This document shows positions 1 through 12,646 of a stretch of 64,000 bases of DNA, in pieces. Position 1 is the first letter of the stretch. Every line of letters begins with the position of its first letter. This stretch comes from Octopus vulgaris (taxonomy: Eukaryota): contig OX597837.1 of NCBI GenBank assembly GCA_951406725.2, positions 17,918,001-17,982,000 of the forward strand. Reading direction: 5' to 3'. The position numbers and the translations under genes were made by a program. Under the pieces are notes generated by a model that saw only the letters and a list, made by a program, of their open reading frames with translations, was not told the origin of the DNA and searched no databases.

Positions 1-350
1 TTCCGGTTGATCTGAATCAACGGAACAGCCTGCTCGTGAAATTAACGTGTAAGTGGCTGAGCACTCCACTAACACGTGTACCCTTAACGTAGTTCTCGGG
101 GATATTCAGCGTGACACAGAGAGTGACAAGGCCGGCCCTTTGAAATTGTACAACAGAAACAGGAAGTAAGAGTGAGAGAAAGTTGTGGTGAAAGAGTACA
201 GCAGGGATCACCACCATCCCCTGCCAGAGCCTCGTGGAGCTTTAGGTGTTTTCGCTCAATAAACACTCACAACGCCCGGTCTGGGAATCGAAACCACGAT
301 CCTATGAACGCGAGTCCGCTGCCCTAACCACTGGGCCATTGCGCCTCCAC
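1..350 (-). mobile_element. tRNA-derived SINE (3' part runs off the window start)
   Basis: Minus strand begins GTGGAGGCGCAATGGCCCAGTGGTTAGGGCAGCGG...GGTTTCGATTCCCAGACC (Pol III A and B boxes), then a non-tRNA body. A decayed copy of the body lies at ~20700-20870 (+). Confidence 0.8.
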
Positions 351-419
351 TACAGTGGTATATACAGTGAGTGCAAAGAAGGACATAATATTATCAACAG
401 GACACAACATATATATATA

Positions 420-1467
420 TCAGGTTGAGTAAAAAGTAAGCAACATTTTGAACTATGAAGAATTTGTACCAGATTTTTGCAGAGTTTTGAATTTTTTTTA
501 ATGCATTTTTTTTTTTAAATTGTCTGATAATACAGACATAGACTTGCCCAAATGCATCAATAAATTAACATTGATATTCTTTTCACCGTTGTTACAGTCA
601 TTTGAAATGGAACTGTCAGAGCACGATATTCGAACAATTTTACTATTCAACTTCAAAAAAGGATGTAAAGCAGCCAAAACTGCTTGTGATCTCAATGAAA
701 CATTTGGTGAGGAAATGACCAGTGAATGGTCAGCTCGAAAATGGTTTAAATGATTTTGCAGTAGAGATCCAAGCCTTGAAGATTTTGAGCATAGTGGACA
801 CCAAAAGCTCGCTCGATCTTGATTTTCAGTATGGATACGGACCGTGAAAGCCTGGCCCATCGATCCTTTCCGTCATTGAGAAAGATCCATGTAAAACAAC
901 TCAAGAACTGGCAAAAGAACTTCAATTTAGCCAGAAAACTACCAGCAACCATTTGCATGTGATCGGAAAATCAAAAAACCTTGACAAATGGGTACCACAT
1001 GATTTAAATGAAAATCAGAAAAATGCGAAGATATGAAATTTTCTCATTGCTTCTTCTCCATAACTAGACCGATCCATTTCTCAGCCATATTCTAACTTGT
1101 GATGAAAAATAGATTCTGTGCAGTAATAAAAAAATGTTCTTCACAGTGGTTGGACTAAAATGAAGCACTGTAAACCTTCCCTAAACCCGAGCCCTTCAAA
1201 AAGGTTATGATGACTGTTTGGTGGTGTATTGCTGGACTCGTCCACTATAACTACTTAAAACCATTACTGCAGAAACATTGCCATGAAATTGCCAAAATGA
1301 ACGAAAATCTGCTACTCCTGCATCCCAGATTGGTCAACAGAAGGGAACCAATCATTCTTCATGACAATGTTCAACCACATGTTTCACTAATGACGCTCCA
1401 GAAGTTGAGGGAACTTGGCTACAAAGTTCTTTCCCACCCAGCTTATTCCCCAAACCTTTTTCCTACC
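420..1467 (+). mobile_element. mariner (DD34D) transposon, decayed transposase, 3' truncated
   Basis: TA followed by TIR-like TCAGGTTGAGTAAAAAGTAAGCAAC. ATG 607 gives MELSEHDIRTILLFNFKKGCKAAKTACDLNETFG; later motifs WVPHDL, ILTCDEK, KVMMTVWW, LHDNVQPH, HPAYSPNL, with stops and frameshifts. Confidence 0.9.
802..869 (+). rRNA. short non-functional 28S (LSU) rRNA fragment inserted in the mariner transposase
   Basis: CAAAAGCTCGCTCGATCTTGATTTTCAGTATGGATACGGACCGTGAAAGCCTGGCCCATCGATCCTTT closely matches the conserved eukaryotic LSU domain V segment (CAAAAGCTCGCTTGATCTTGATTTTCAGTACGAATACAGACCGTGAAAGC...CGATCCTT), recalled from known 28S sequences. Confidence 0.8.
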
Positions 1468-1630
1468 GAAGGGAGCATGCACTACACATATGTACTCTAG
1501 ACATAATAGCCAAGAAATGATGCATTACAAAAATCTTTATGCATGCGCAGGAAGGGTGGCGTCACATCCCATCCAAAGGTTTTAGTTTTGATAGAAAAAA
1601 TCAAGTCTGATACTTTCTGAACATGTCTCA
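1468..1630 (-). mobile_element. terminal fragment of a second mariner family
   Basis: Ends AGTCTGATACTTTCTGAACATGTCTCA-TA, a mariner-type TIR plus TA; abuts the truncated first mariner. Confidence 0.55.
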
Positions 1631-2316
1631 TATTTATAATTGCTGCTGTTACTACTACCACCACCACTACTCAGAAAGAATTAAATCATTCAAATCGTGT
1701 AGGCCTTTTCAGGAAAGAAGGAATTGGTGATGGTGCTGGCTGTATGCTTAATGATTCAATAGTAATTAATAGTTCACTGTTGGCTCAAATCAAGTTGTTG
1801 CTACAAATTATAATTTAAGATGTTTGATTTGAAATGATTTGGGAATTGTTTTTAAGGTAGATGAGGTGAGATAGCATGCTTTATGAAGTGTGTTGTTGTT
1901 TAGCCCAAGGTCAGCTTTGTTGTTTCAGTGGTGTATATTCTGCACTGCAGGAAGTGTTGATTGGTGTTTATTAAGGGATAAATTTCCATTGAACTGAGTT
2001 TGTTACCTAATTATAATTTTATCAGTAATACAATTTACAGGTAACTTACAATTGAGCAAGTGTTAGTCAATATATACAGAATATTAAGGCTGATTAATGA
2101 ATACATGCATCCCCACACATGGCCACACAGAACAGAAAAAAAATTCAATCTGTAATTTGAGTTGACACAGTTTTAACCACAGAACATTAATAAGTGAACT
2201 TTTATCTATTAATGATTAAATTATTCCTATCAAGACAATAAATCATTTTAATTAATTTATATACATATAAATCATATTTAACTTTGACTAATCATAGATG
2301 TCATGGTTTATATATA

Positions 2317-3194
2317 CAGGATGCGAGGGGTAATTTGTCGCCATTTTGTATTTTTAATTTTGCACATGCACATTGTTTGCTTTTGATTTTGTTGACTACA
2401 CAGTATAGTAGGGTCAGTTGGGCACCATCTGTGAGAAGAACAGCATCATAAAGCAATTCGCTCTGCCAGAAATTTGGAAATGACATGCTGTACTGCTTGG
2501 CATTTGCGCCAGAAGCTCCAGTGTGAACTGATGGTGAACACAAGAAGAACCATTGGCTTGCCATGTCCCCAAAACATGTACCAAGAGTGATAAAAATCAA
2601 ATATCCGGTCAACATCATAGTGTTTGGAGTGATCACTAATGATGGTGACGTTATGTTTCCATTCATCTTCCCACATGGCCTCACACTCAACACGGAGGCC
2701 TACATCAAGTGCCTGGAGGAGGTAGTGCTGCCCTGGGTGAAGATGGTGGCTGCTGGAAGAACCTATGTCTAGGAATAGGATTCTGTACCATACCACACAA
2801 GCAGGAGAACCCAGTCATGACTGTCAGACAATTTCTGTGACAGCATCACCCCTAACTCTGTGTACTGCAACCTCTTTTAATATGTGTGGAGTGCAGTTGA
2901 GCAAGAGACCAACAAAACTCTCTTTGTAACACCAAAGATGAACTAAAGGCAAGGATTATGGCAGCATTCACCAACTTAAACAAGGAGACTATTCAGAAGA
3001 GTTGCAGGAGTGAAGCCAAATAAATGGCTATTTAAATAAGGACCAAATAAATGGTGATTTTATTGAATAAATTTACTCTTTAGTATTTCAAGATATTTTT
3101 ATGTAATTTTGCTAAATACATCTGTTAAAATGAGATGTCAGTGTTACTTTCATTTTTGCATAATTTTAGATGACAGTATATTCACCACATCCTG
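2317..3194 (+). mobile_element. maT/DD37D Tc1-mariner transposon, internally deleted
   Basis: TA-CAGGATGCG...CACATCCTG-TA ends. Transposase remnants VFGVITNDGDVMFPFIFPHGLTLNTEAYIKCLEEVVLPWV, DSVPYHTS, YVWSAVE. Same family as 17469-18735. Confidence 0.88.
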
Positions 3195-4029
3195 TATATG
3201 TGTGTGTATGTGTGAGATTATATGCATTCTCTTCTGTTTAATGTCTCTATTAAAGCAGGAATTGGTTTGATTGACCAGCAATACATCACTTTGCTTCTCA
3301 CCCTAGGTTCATCTCATCTGTGAGACTCTACATTCTCAGAGTAAAACCGAATTATTTCTTACTTTCTGTTTGTAAGTCTCTCTACCAAATCACTCTACTT
3401 TTTTATCCATCATCCATTCACAGTGTCTGGTTCAGTAGCACCACCAAATAACTGTCAAAGGGACACATTTTAGCAGTGGGATTACATTAACAGATAAATT
3501 TATATAAATTATAGAAAGTTAGTTTACTACTGTAAACAATATGATCTGAGGAAAATAATGATGATATATATTGGCAATTGGTGAGTATAAACAGTGCAAA
3601 AATGGACTCAATTTGTGTGCCATAGTCTAACATTGCAGGTAATACTCTTTGTTAGAAAGTAGTGTATACTAATGGTATGAAATCACTAAATCGAGAGAGA
3701 CTGACAGAAACAAAGAGAGAGAGGAAAAATAATAGAGAATAAGACTACAGGAGATTATAGAAGAGGGAGATTACAAGGTAACACTTGGAATCAAAGAGGG
3801 GAGGTAATGAAGAATACTGGTAAATTTGAGAAGTGGGTAAAGGTTAGAAGATAGAAAGACAGTTGAATAATTGGTATAATTGTAGTTTGGGTTCATACTA
3901 GAATAAGGAATCTGTGATACTTTACTTGGTGGGAGTTCAGAGAAGTCCTTTACTTCGTGGGGAGTTGTTCAGAGCATGCATGAGGCAAATTAAAAAAAAA
4001 CAAAACATGAGTGATAGATTTTTAATACA

Positions 4030-4330
4030 TTAGCAGGTATTTACCAAGGCTCTATCTCCAACCTCTTTACAGTAGAGCTTATGAAAATCACAGAAGATGA
4101 AGACTGTGTCCTCGGGAGCTTTTGTATGCTGATAGTGATTTGGTTTTTATCGCAGACTTTGTTCAGAAATAAAATTGCAAGAGAAGTTTGAAACTTATAA
4201 AGTAGGCTCGTGTGAAAAATGTAAAGATTGACAAAGTAAGGACCAAAGTACTAACAAATAACGAGGATTAGAAAGACCAAGCAGCATCTTGCTACATTAG
4301 GGAAGTGACTATGCTTAACATGTAGAAAGA
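4030..4330 (+). mobile_element. highly decayed RTE reverse transcriptase fragment
   Basis: GIYQGS and ELLYAD remnants homologous to the RTE copies at 27.1 kb and 45.0 kb. Confidence 0.55.
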
Positions 4331-5036
4331 TATACAGTGGAACAGTGAAGCATATGAAACTTGTTCTACAGTTTTTCTTTATGAATATTGATATAATTCT
4401 TTTCACAACACATCATCATCATCAACATCATCTATGTGAAAGGAAAATCCTCTCATCTTCATCCTTTTTAATCTCCCTGTAGCCCTTCCAGCTACCCATT
4501 AAAGAGATAAGATAAAGTGCTCCCCCTTTTTGTTTAAAGAAGAATGAATAAAGTTGTGTGTATATATATGTTTTTGTGTGTGTTTGTGTGTGTCTGTGTG
4601 TAAGTGCTATTTTTGTTAAGATGACTAACCAACAGCAAGCAGTTCTTTAGGTTTTAGCTAAGAATAGCATATTGTTGTTGGTAGTAATGGCGGTGGTGGT
4701 GATAAAAGGGCAGTGTTAACATTTACAAATATACTAATTGTTTATTTACTTTTACAACCATAGGAGAGAGTGGGTGATCAGTGTGTACACAAACACATAC
4801 ATGTGTGTGCTTGCATATGTATACATTCACAAAAAAATATACATACATATCCCAAGTCTATCTCTCATATTCAAGATGGAATTAAGAAGATAGTATAATC
4901 TCAGTTTCCTTTTTTTATTTCTATTTAAGACAACATTTTTGCACTCCACCTTCTTGCTACAGTAAAGTTCTTTTACAGTTTTCATATTATTTTCTAATTT
5001 GATGATTATTTTTTCTGCCTTCTGTTTGTCTCATAA

Positions 5037-5270
5037 AGGCATGTGGTCTAATGGTTAAGGAATTAGATCATAACCATCAGGTTTGATTCTTGAATTGGAC
5101 AGTAAATTGTGGCTTTGAACAGGGCATGTTGCTCCAATCAACTCAGCTGAAAATGAGTACCAGCTGCTGCTGATAAGTGTTAATCCCGTAACAGACTGGA
5201 ACCTATTCAGGGGCAAGGGAATTTTATTGCCTCACCAATTTGGACAGGTTCTAGTCTTATCATAACCTCT
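5037..5270 (+). mobile_element. decayed tRNA-derived SINE
   Basis: GGCATGTGGTCTAATGGTTAAGG...GGTTTGATTC head and GTTGCTCCAATCAACTCAGCTGAAAATGAGT core; related copies at 29610 and 56000. Confidence 0.6.
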
Positions 5271-5292
5271 AGACTTGAGCCTGACTGTTTTA

Positions 5293-5328
<36 letters not shown>

Positions 5329-5702
5329 TCTCTCTCTCTCTCTCTCTACTCATACACATATATACATACACACACATGTTCACTTTTAAAATTTATTGAT
5401 GAAAGTAGAAACTTCACCAATTCTGAGTTTCTGGTCATTAATCTTCAGAAAATTATTTAAAAGATGAGTAAATCTACACACACATGCACACATGCACGCG
5501 CGCGCGCACACACACACACTGACATTACTGATGAGTGGAAAAGCACTCAATACATACAGCAGACTTTATTCATTTCTTTGATGCTGAGCAATGAAGGGAA
5601 CCTTCAGCTTTGTGTGTGGTGGAGTGAGTATATGTGAATCGACTATCCTCCTTCCCAAAATTTCAAACCTTGTGCCTATAATAGAAAGGATTATTATTAT
5701 TA

Positions 5703-6135
5703 CTGAGTGCATGCCATCGAAGTGAAACCAGGGTAGAATATATGAAGCCCAGTATACCCATCATGACTACCTGTTTGATAAGGATACACCAGGAACATGC
5801 ATCATAACCATATGTGCGTGACATGGTGATCTTATATCAAGATAAACAGTGCATGACCTCACAGGTGGGGCCTAGTTAGAATTTTCTTCAGGTTAAGTAG
5901 CCCATCTCACTCCACAGGTCCTTGAATAAGAGTTGTTTAAGGATGTTTGAACGAAACACCCATGTTTCCAGAGGTGAATTATTCAAACTCCAAAGAATTC
6001 CTCTCAACACATGACTATGATGCTTCTCCACTCCTTCTGCTCATGATCAGAGATGCACATATTGTCAGCCACTAAAGGATGTGTTCAACTGGTTAAAGTC
6101 AAACACCTGACAAGCAAATTTACGGTATTGAGCAT
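5703..6135 (-). mobile_element. non-coding interspersed repeat flanked by (TAA)n
   Basis: Reverse complement of ~34350-34790 over >400 bp; both copies are bounded by TAA/TTA microsatellite. Confidence 0.8.
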
Positions 6136-6141
6136 ATCATA

Positions 6142-6182
<41 letters not shown>

Positions 6183-6183
6183 G

Positions 6184-6665
6184 AAGGCAGCGAGCTGGCA
6201 GAATTGTTAGCACAGTGGATGGAATGCTTAGTGGTATTCCATCCATCGCTATTTTCTGAGTTCAAATTCTGCCAAGGTCAACTTTGTCTTTTATCCTTTT
6301 GGGGGTCAATAAATTAAGTACCAGTGAAACACTATAGTTGATGTAATCAGCTAGTCTCCTCCGCAAAATTTCAGGCCTTGTGCCTTTAGTAGAAAGGATT
6401 ATTATTATTATTTTCTGAGTTTGCTTTAGTTTATACAAGCTTCATCCAAGTTTCAGCTGGCAAAATCATTTGCATGTTGGACAAAATGCTTAGTTGTATT
6501 TCTTTACCTCTTCATACTCTATGCTTCAATGCCACTGAGGTCAACTTTGCCTTCCATCCTTTAGGGGGTCAAGAAAATTAAATACCAGTCAAGTAATGGG
6601 ATCACTGTCCCTACCCTCTAAAACTACTAGCCTTGTGCCAAAATTTGAAACTACTATTATTACTA
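6184..6665 (+). mobile_element. two tandem tRNA-derived SINEs with (TTA)n tails
   Basis: AAGGCAGCGAGCTGGCAGAATTGTTAGCAC...GAGTTCAAATTC...GGCCTTGTGCCTTTAGTAGAAAGGATTATTATTA (6184-6412) and a more decayed copy (6455-6665). Further copies at 20430, 35110 (-) and 55690 (-). Confidence 0.8.
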
Positions 6666-8880
6666 TTATTAGTAACATCAAGTAATAAATAGTAAATTGC
6701 TTGTTCAAGTTTTCATGTCAGTTGTACAACTTCCAGTGAAATTATGAATTGATATAGATGGCATGCATTCGCCTTGGTACACTTCTATTTTTGTCACAAT
6801 TATGCATTGTAAAATTCCATAGGGAAGTAAGTATAATAACAATGATTATAAATTTATGAAATTAATGTAATTATATCTGAGAGATTGATAAATGACAAAG
6901 GATCAAGGTTAAATGGTAGAGAAACAAAATTAAATTTAAAATTGAAGCTTTATATAACTGTGTTCATAAGGTTGAGTGGTTGTAAGTATGCACGTGTTAG
7001 CAAGGCCATCTCCCCGAGAATACTGGGGACCTTAGCCTTCTTAACACCTTATTTTTGCTAAGTTTACTTCGAGGCCTTTGTAATTTTAGGTTTAGCTTCC
7101 ATGTCTGAAATTTCTTCTCTAATCCCACAATAGATTTAGCTATAAGAATTAAATCATCAACATTTAGGGGTTCTCACAGATAGCTGGTCTCAAATTTTTG
7201 TGATGATCCATAGGACTATGATGAATAGAAGAGATCTTGATTTTTTTTTTTTTACAACAGCCCAAAACCCACAAACCAGATGTTATACTCTTAACCCTCC
7301 ACCATCGATAAAAAGACCATGCCATATTATTCCTTTCAGCCATTTCTGATGATTGCTGGTTTGGCTCTCCACCTCTGATATGAAGACCATTGGTAATTTG
7401 GCTTTTATGGGACTGTATTTTAAACAATGAGGATATATCCACTCTCTTACCTAATATATGAGTATCTCTTTTTTCTGACACATGGATTTTTAAATAAATA
7501 CACATGCACACACACACACACACACGGAAAAGTGAGAGACGAATACATGGCTCGCTGTATGTGTGTGTGTGTGTGTGTAACAGGTGTAACAGATTGATTG
7601 CAGCATAGCTAGCATGTTCTGATGAGCACACTCTGTATGTGATAATGATTATGTAAGTGATGAAGACAACATGACAGTATATAGCAGTGACCAAAGACAA
7701 TGGTTTGCCAGATTGATTCTGTGTCGAATGTCTCTTAAGAATATGCCAAGATATGCCAAATTATCCTATCACTTTTAAAAAAAAATTTTTTTACTCTGCT
7801 TGCTAGAGATATATTGAAAATATGTCAGTTGGAAAATCAGTTTTGACAACTCTAGTAACAGTAGAGTAACATGTTTTTTTTATCATGATAGCCAACTTGG
7901 CAGCACTATTCTTAGAATTGATTTATAGACTTAAGTGAATTGTATATTTTTGTCATTATAGTAGATTTTTCTGTGTTGTATGACAGAAACCTCAAAGAAA
8001 AATGGCTGCTTTGATCTCCTTTATGTCAATCACAATCCCTTCCATACCCTCTAAGCTACAGCAGTTACAAACTGATGCAATTCATCTACTTCATCTCCCC
8101 CACCTCTCTGTCTGTCTGTCTCTCTCTCTCTCTCTCATCCTTTGTCCCTTTTGCTATTTATCTTTATAACAGCACTTGTCTCTGTCTTCCTCTGGTTAGC
8201 TGTCAAAATATTAAAAAAAGAGAGAGAGAACAAAATAGAGAAAGGCGAGAGGGCAGGAGCTATTATGAAGGGCGATATTTGATTTAGTTTTTAGATCATC
8301 GTACTGTTGTGAGAATATTCAATATCAAAATAAATCCAGTAAAAAATATCGCAAAAATAATGCCAAATAGGGTTTGGCATTCTAAACAAAGTTTCTTCCT
8401 ACCAACCACCAGTCTGGCATTGAAATGAGGATAAAATCCCAAATATAAGGAAACTGATGGCGGTTGGTGTTAGCAAAAATTTAGTCAACAGGAAAGTTGA
8501 TAGATTTTCGTAAGATCAGTTTCCCATGACAAGTAAAGAATCTTAAGTTTGGAGTCCTTTCATTTCATCCAAAAAGGAATAAGATAGAAAGTGGTGTTGC
8601 TGCTTGGACATTGAATATGAAATCAGTATATTTATACTAAATCAACCTATACAGTTACAAACAAAGGAAGAAGCCTCACTGTGATTGTTTGAAAAATATT
8701 TAATAACATGATAGTGGATGTGCACAGCCTGTAAAAGACCAAGATAGTCATAGCTTGTATGTCTTTGATCATATATCTGCTATATTGGAGTTGATGTGGT
8801 GTGTAACTACTACAAACAGCCTTCTTAGTCATCTCTCTCTCTCTCTCTTATCTGTGTGTGTGTGTGTCTGTCTATCTATA

Positions 8881-10108
8881 CAGGGTCTTGCAGATAAATT
8901 GAGACAATTTTTACAATGCATAAATACTAAAATAATGGCAGTAGACAGATATAATTTTAATGTAACATTTATTACAACAAAAACATTACTCAATATGGCC
9001 ACCCTTTTGGGCAATTACTGCATCCACACAAAAATAAAATTGTTTTGCAGCTGCTGCAACCTCTGCCCTTTTGTTTTTGCATGTCACATGCACGATGCAG
9101 GTCTTCAAACTGTTGACACTTGAGTGTGGTGAAGCATTGGTTCTTGCTTGAAGTACGCTCCATAAAAAGTAATCAAGAAGATTGAGATCTGAGTTATTAC
9201 TGGGCTAGATGTTGGCTTTACAAAAAATGGCACCTTCTCACCAAAGAAGGCTTATGTTGCTTTTGACCCATGGCATAGTGCAGAATCCAGAACAAGCACT
9301 GCATTGTCAAGCCCAAACTTCTGCTCCATCCAAAGTAACAGAAGTTCTTCAGGATGTCCAGATACTCCTTTGTGCCAATCGTCAAGCCAGACTCAATGAA
9401 GTGTGGATCCATGACACTTCCATCACTCATCACGGCTCCAAATACCATCCGAGAGGCAGGATTCTTAGTCTCAAACACAGAGGGGATGTCAGTGCTTCAC
9501 TTCAGCGTCCACAGTGAACTTCTTCTCATCCACAAACGCAAGAGTTTTTCCTACACCTTGATGCTTGATGAATAACAGAAGATTTGGGCATATCCTCGGC
9601 TCTGATTGCTTTGGCCTTGGTTGTTAGAAGGTGACAGCATCGTCAAATATAGCTAGTCATATAGTTTCTGTTCACAACTCTGGACACTTTGGAAAGGTAC
9701 ACATTGCATTTCTTTGCAAGTGTTGTCATGGATGTGGATGGGTTCAGTTGAGTGTTTGAGGTTAGTGAGAAACTTTGGATTGCACTTGGAATCACTTAGA
9801 GTCTCGTGTTCTTTTCTGTCAGTCTTTCCCTCTTCTTTATATTGTTTATACAATGATAAACTGTTGCTTTTGGAAGTTTCATCAACTTGACAATTTTATT
9901 GGCAGTGTGCCCGGCGCACACCAAAACAACAATGATGGAACGATTCTATTGTTCCATGACTTTCTGTTGTTGAACCAGTTTGCTATTTACCTGAAAAATA
10001 AATAAGTGGATTAGATTTCCAAGCAAGCAAGGTTTTGTCAAAAAATGAAATGTTAAACCCACTAAATCAGCTGCTTAAAATTGGTCTCGATTTATCTGTA
10101 AGATCCTG
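8881..10108 (-). mobile_element. maT/DD37D-like transposon, near full length, decayed transposase
   Basis: ~26-bp TIRs CAGGGTCTTGCAGATAAATTGAGAC / GTCTCGATTTATCTGTAAGATCCTG; minus-strand TKNPASRMVFGAVMSDGSVMDPHFIESGL and DSALCHGSK. Confidence 0.88.
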
Positions 10109-10112
10109 CATG

Positions 10113-10150
<38 letters not shown>

Positions 10151-10717
10151 TACACACATATATTTGATTATTTAACATTCCATGTTCCATACTGGCCTTG
10201 GTTGGATGGTTTGACAAATTCTGATATGTCCAAGGAGTTTATCATACTCCAATGTCTGCTTTGACATGGTTTCTTAACTTGATGCATTTCTTAATGCCAG
10301 CCAGTTTATGATGTTTTGGGTTTGACAAAAACTGGACAGCCTCATTAAACACAGCCTACAGTTAAAATCTCTTATGTTTTTATTTTTACTTATGCCTATG
10401 CTCTGGCTTTGTACAGGAATTACAAAGCATTCTGTTGTATATGATAGATGTAACTGAGTTGGTTGTTTCTGTTACTCTCTACCACTATCCTGTCTTTTTT
10501 CAGGCCGTGCACATCCAGAATCAACTATCAAATGCATACTTCCTTTTATTTTTAAGATTTGGTTGCTGTTTTTTACAGGTTAAATAATCCTTGAAGAGGT
10601 TTCTTCATTGTTGTTATATTGATTGTAAGAATTATTGTACGTTTGTATTTATATAATACAAAATAGGAATCCTTTTCTGAGAATATTGTTTACATTTCAT
10701 TATATAATTTAATTTAC

Positions 10718-11055
10718 AATGAAATGCTGTGTAGTCATTATCACCATATGTGTGGAATATAGCAATTTAGAAATTGCCAACTTTCTAAATGTTGCAAGAT
10801 CTTTTGTAGTTTGGATGCAATTGCAAGCCTCTAATGGGAATATTTGAACTGTATCAGCAAGAGAAAGGCGTGGGAGTGGCTCTGTGGTAAGTTGCTTGCT
10901 TACGAACCACATAGTTCTGGGTTCAGTCCCACTGCATAGCACCTTGGGCAAGTGTCTTTTACTATAGCCTCGGGCCGACCAAAGTCTTGTGAGTGGATTT
11001 GGTAGACGGAAACTGAAAGAAGCCCGTCGTGTATATAAATATAAATATATATATA

Positions 11056-11102
<47 letters not shown>

Positions 11103-12192
11103 TTGTGTGTCTGTGTTAGTCCCCCCAACATCGCCTGACAACCGATGGTGGTGTGTTTACGTCCCCATAACTTAGCAGTTCGGCAAAAGAGACCGACAGA
11201 ATAAGTACTAGGCTTACAAAGAATAAGTCCTGGGGTCGATTTGCTCGACTAAAGGCGGTGCTCCAGCATGGCCAGTCAAATGACTGAAACAAGTAAAAGA
11301 GTAAGAGTATTCTAAACATTGTTTGGACACTATATGGACAATACAATCCATCCAACAGAAAAGTCAATGAGGGTCATTGCTGAAGAACGTCAGCTGTTGG
11401 AGTGGACTGTCAGAACTGTGGTGCATAAGGGCATTCAATACAAGTTTTATGTGCTGAGGAGATGACAGTATGTGTCAGCAAAGACTTGGGTAAATTGTTT
11501 AATTTGTGCTAAAACATCTCATGGTCACGGCATACTTTGGTTCTTTTCTGATAAGAAAAATTTCCACCAAGACCAAACATCTAACAGGGAAATGATACAT
11601 GGTTATGTGCAGAACATTCTGATGACCCCAGTATAACACACACTAAGTTTCCAGCAACTGGAATTGTTTGGGAATGGTAAATAACAAAGGCCATGTCATG
11701 CCACCATACATTTTCCCACAAGATCATATGTGTTTCGACAAAACTCAGTACCTTCTCTCAGAACCCATGTAACTCAAGAATGGATACCAGACAGTCTTTT
11801 CAATCATGTAACACTGAATTTGTTGCCTTCTAAACTTACAATATTTTAAAATCTCATGGACTGCAACATTTGGAGTGTTTGTTGAAAGGAAGACTCATTG
11901 ACATCTTCACAACACCATAGCTTCACTGAAGGCCATCATTGTTTAGATGATGTCTAAAATAAATAAGGATCATTTAGTGCAGGCATGTCAACAATTCAGG
12001 TCCCACATTGAAACAGTCATTGAAGCAGAAGGTGGATTCATAGAATAATCTTATAAGAAAGCTTGAATAATCTTATAAGAAAGCTTATTGCAAACATCTG
12101 CACAAATTTTAATCAAAACACATTTGATTTTTGCTGGATTAGGTTGTTTTATAAAATTACTAAATATGTCCTCGAATACATCTTGCACCCTG
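10718..12192 (+). mobile_element. decayed maT/DD37D transposon interrupted by a SINE
   Basis: N-terminal NLEIANFLNVARSFV before the SINE; FFSDKKNFHQDQ and GHVMPP after it; ends TCTTGCACCCTG-TA. Confidence 0.75.
10866..11309 (+). mobile_element. tRNA-derived CORE-like SINE with internal (TA/TG)n
   Basis: GTGGCTCTGTGGTAAG (A box), GGGTTCAGTCCC (B box), CACCTTGGGCAAGTGTC core, tail ...TGACTGAAACAAGTAAAAGAGTAA. Inverted copy at 41410-41790. Confidence 0.88.
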
Positions 12193-12646
12193 TATGTTCT
12201 CCTATCTATTCTTTTACTGGTTTCAGTCAGTGAATTATGGCCATAGTTGGACACTGTCTTTGGTGCTTAGTCTGTATTTTATGGAATTATAATAGAAGAT
12301 AAACAATCTTGATTTTTCAGTGACTGAATTTATATGATTTATGGTAGTACCTCTGCTAAAAGATTAAACACTTAATGGAATTAATTCTGATTTATGCCGA
12401 CTCACATATTACACACATGTATGACTGGCTCCACACAGTTTCGATTTCTGAAATCTTACTCACAAACCATTGGTCAACTTGAAGATATTGTAGAAGTTAC
12501 TTTAACTATGGTACTGTACAACAAAATTAATATCAGAATCACATGGTTGCAAAGCAAACTTTTTGTATTCTTGTCACTCTGTAAGTTTTAGCTGCAGAAT
12601 CAACCTCAACTGTCTAAGGTTTTCTTTATTGATTCTTTACAACCAG

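Noticed and set aside
275-350. tRNA gene
   Set aside because: A and B boxes are present, but the sequence continues into a repeated SINE body and no convincing cloverleaf is seen. The same applies at 10866 and 56000.
802-869. Functional rRNA gene or rDNA unit
   Set aside because: Only ~68 bp match and both flanks are mariner transposase.
7610-7660. Hammerhead ribozyme suggested by CTGATGAG
   Set aside because: No correctly placed GAAA after stem II and no stems I/III.
7164-7700. 178-aa ORF
   Set aside because: Spans two microsatellites and a poly-T run; no recognisable domain.
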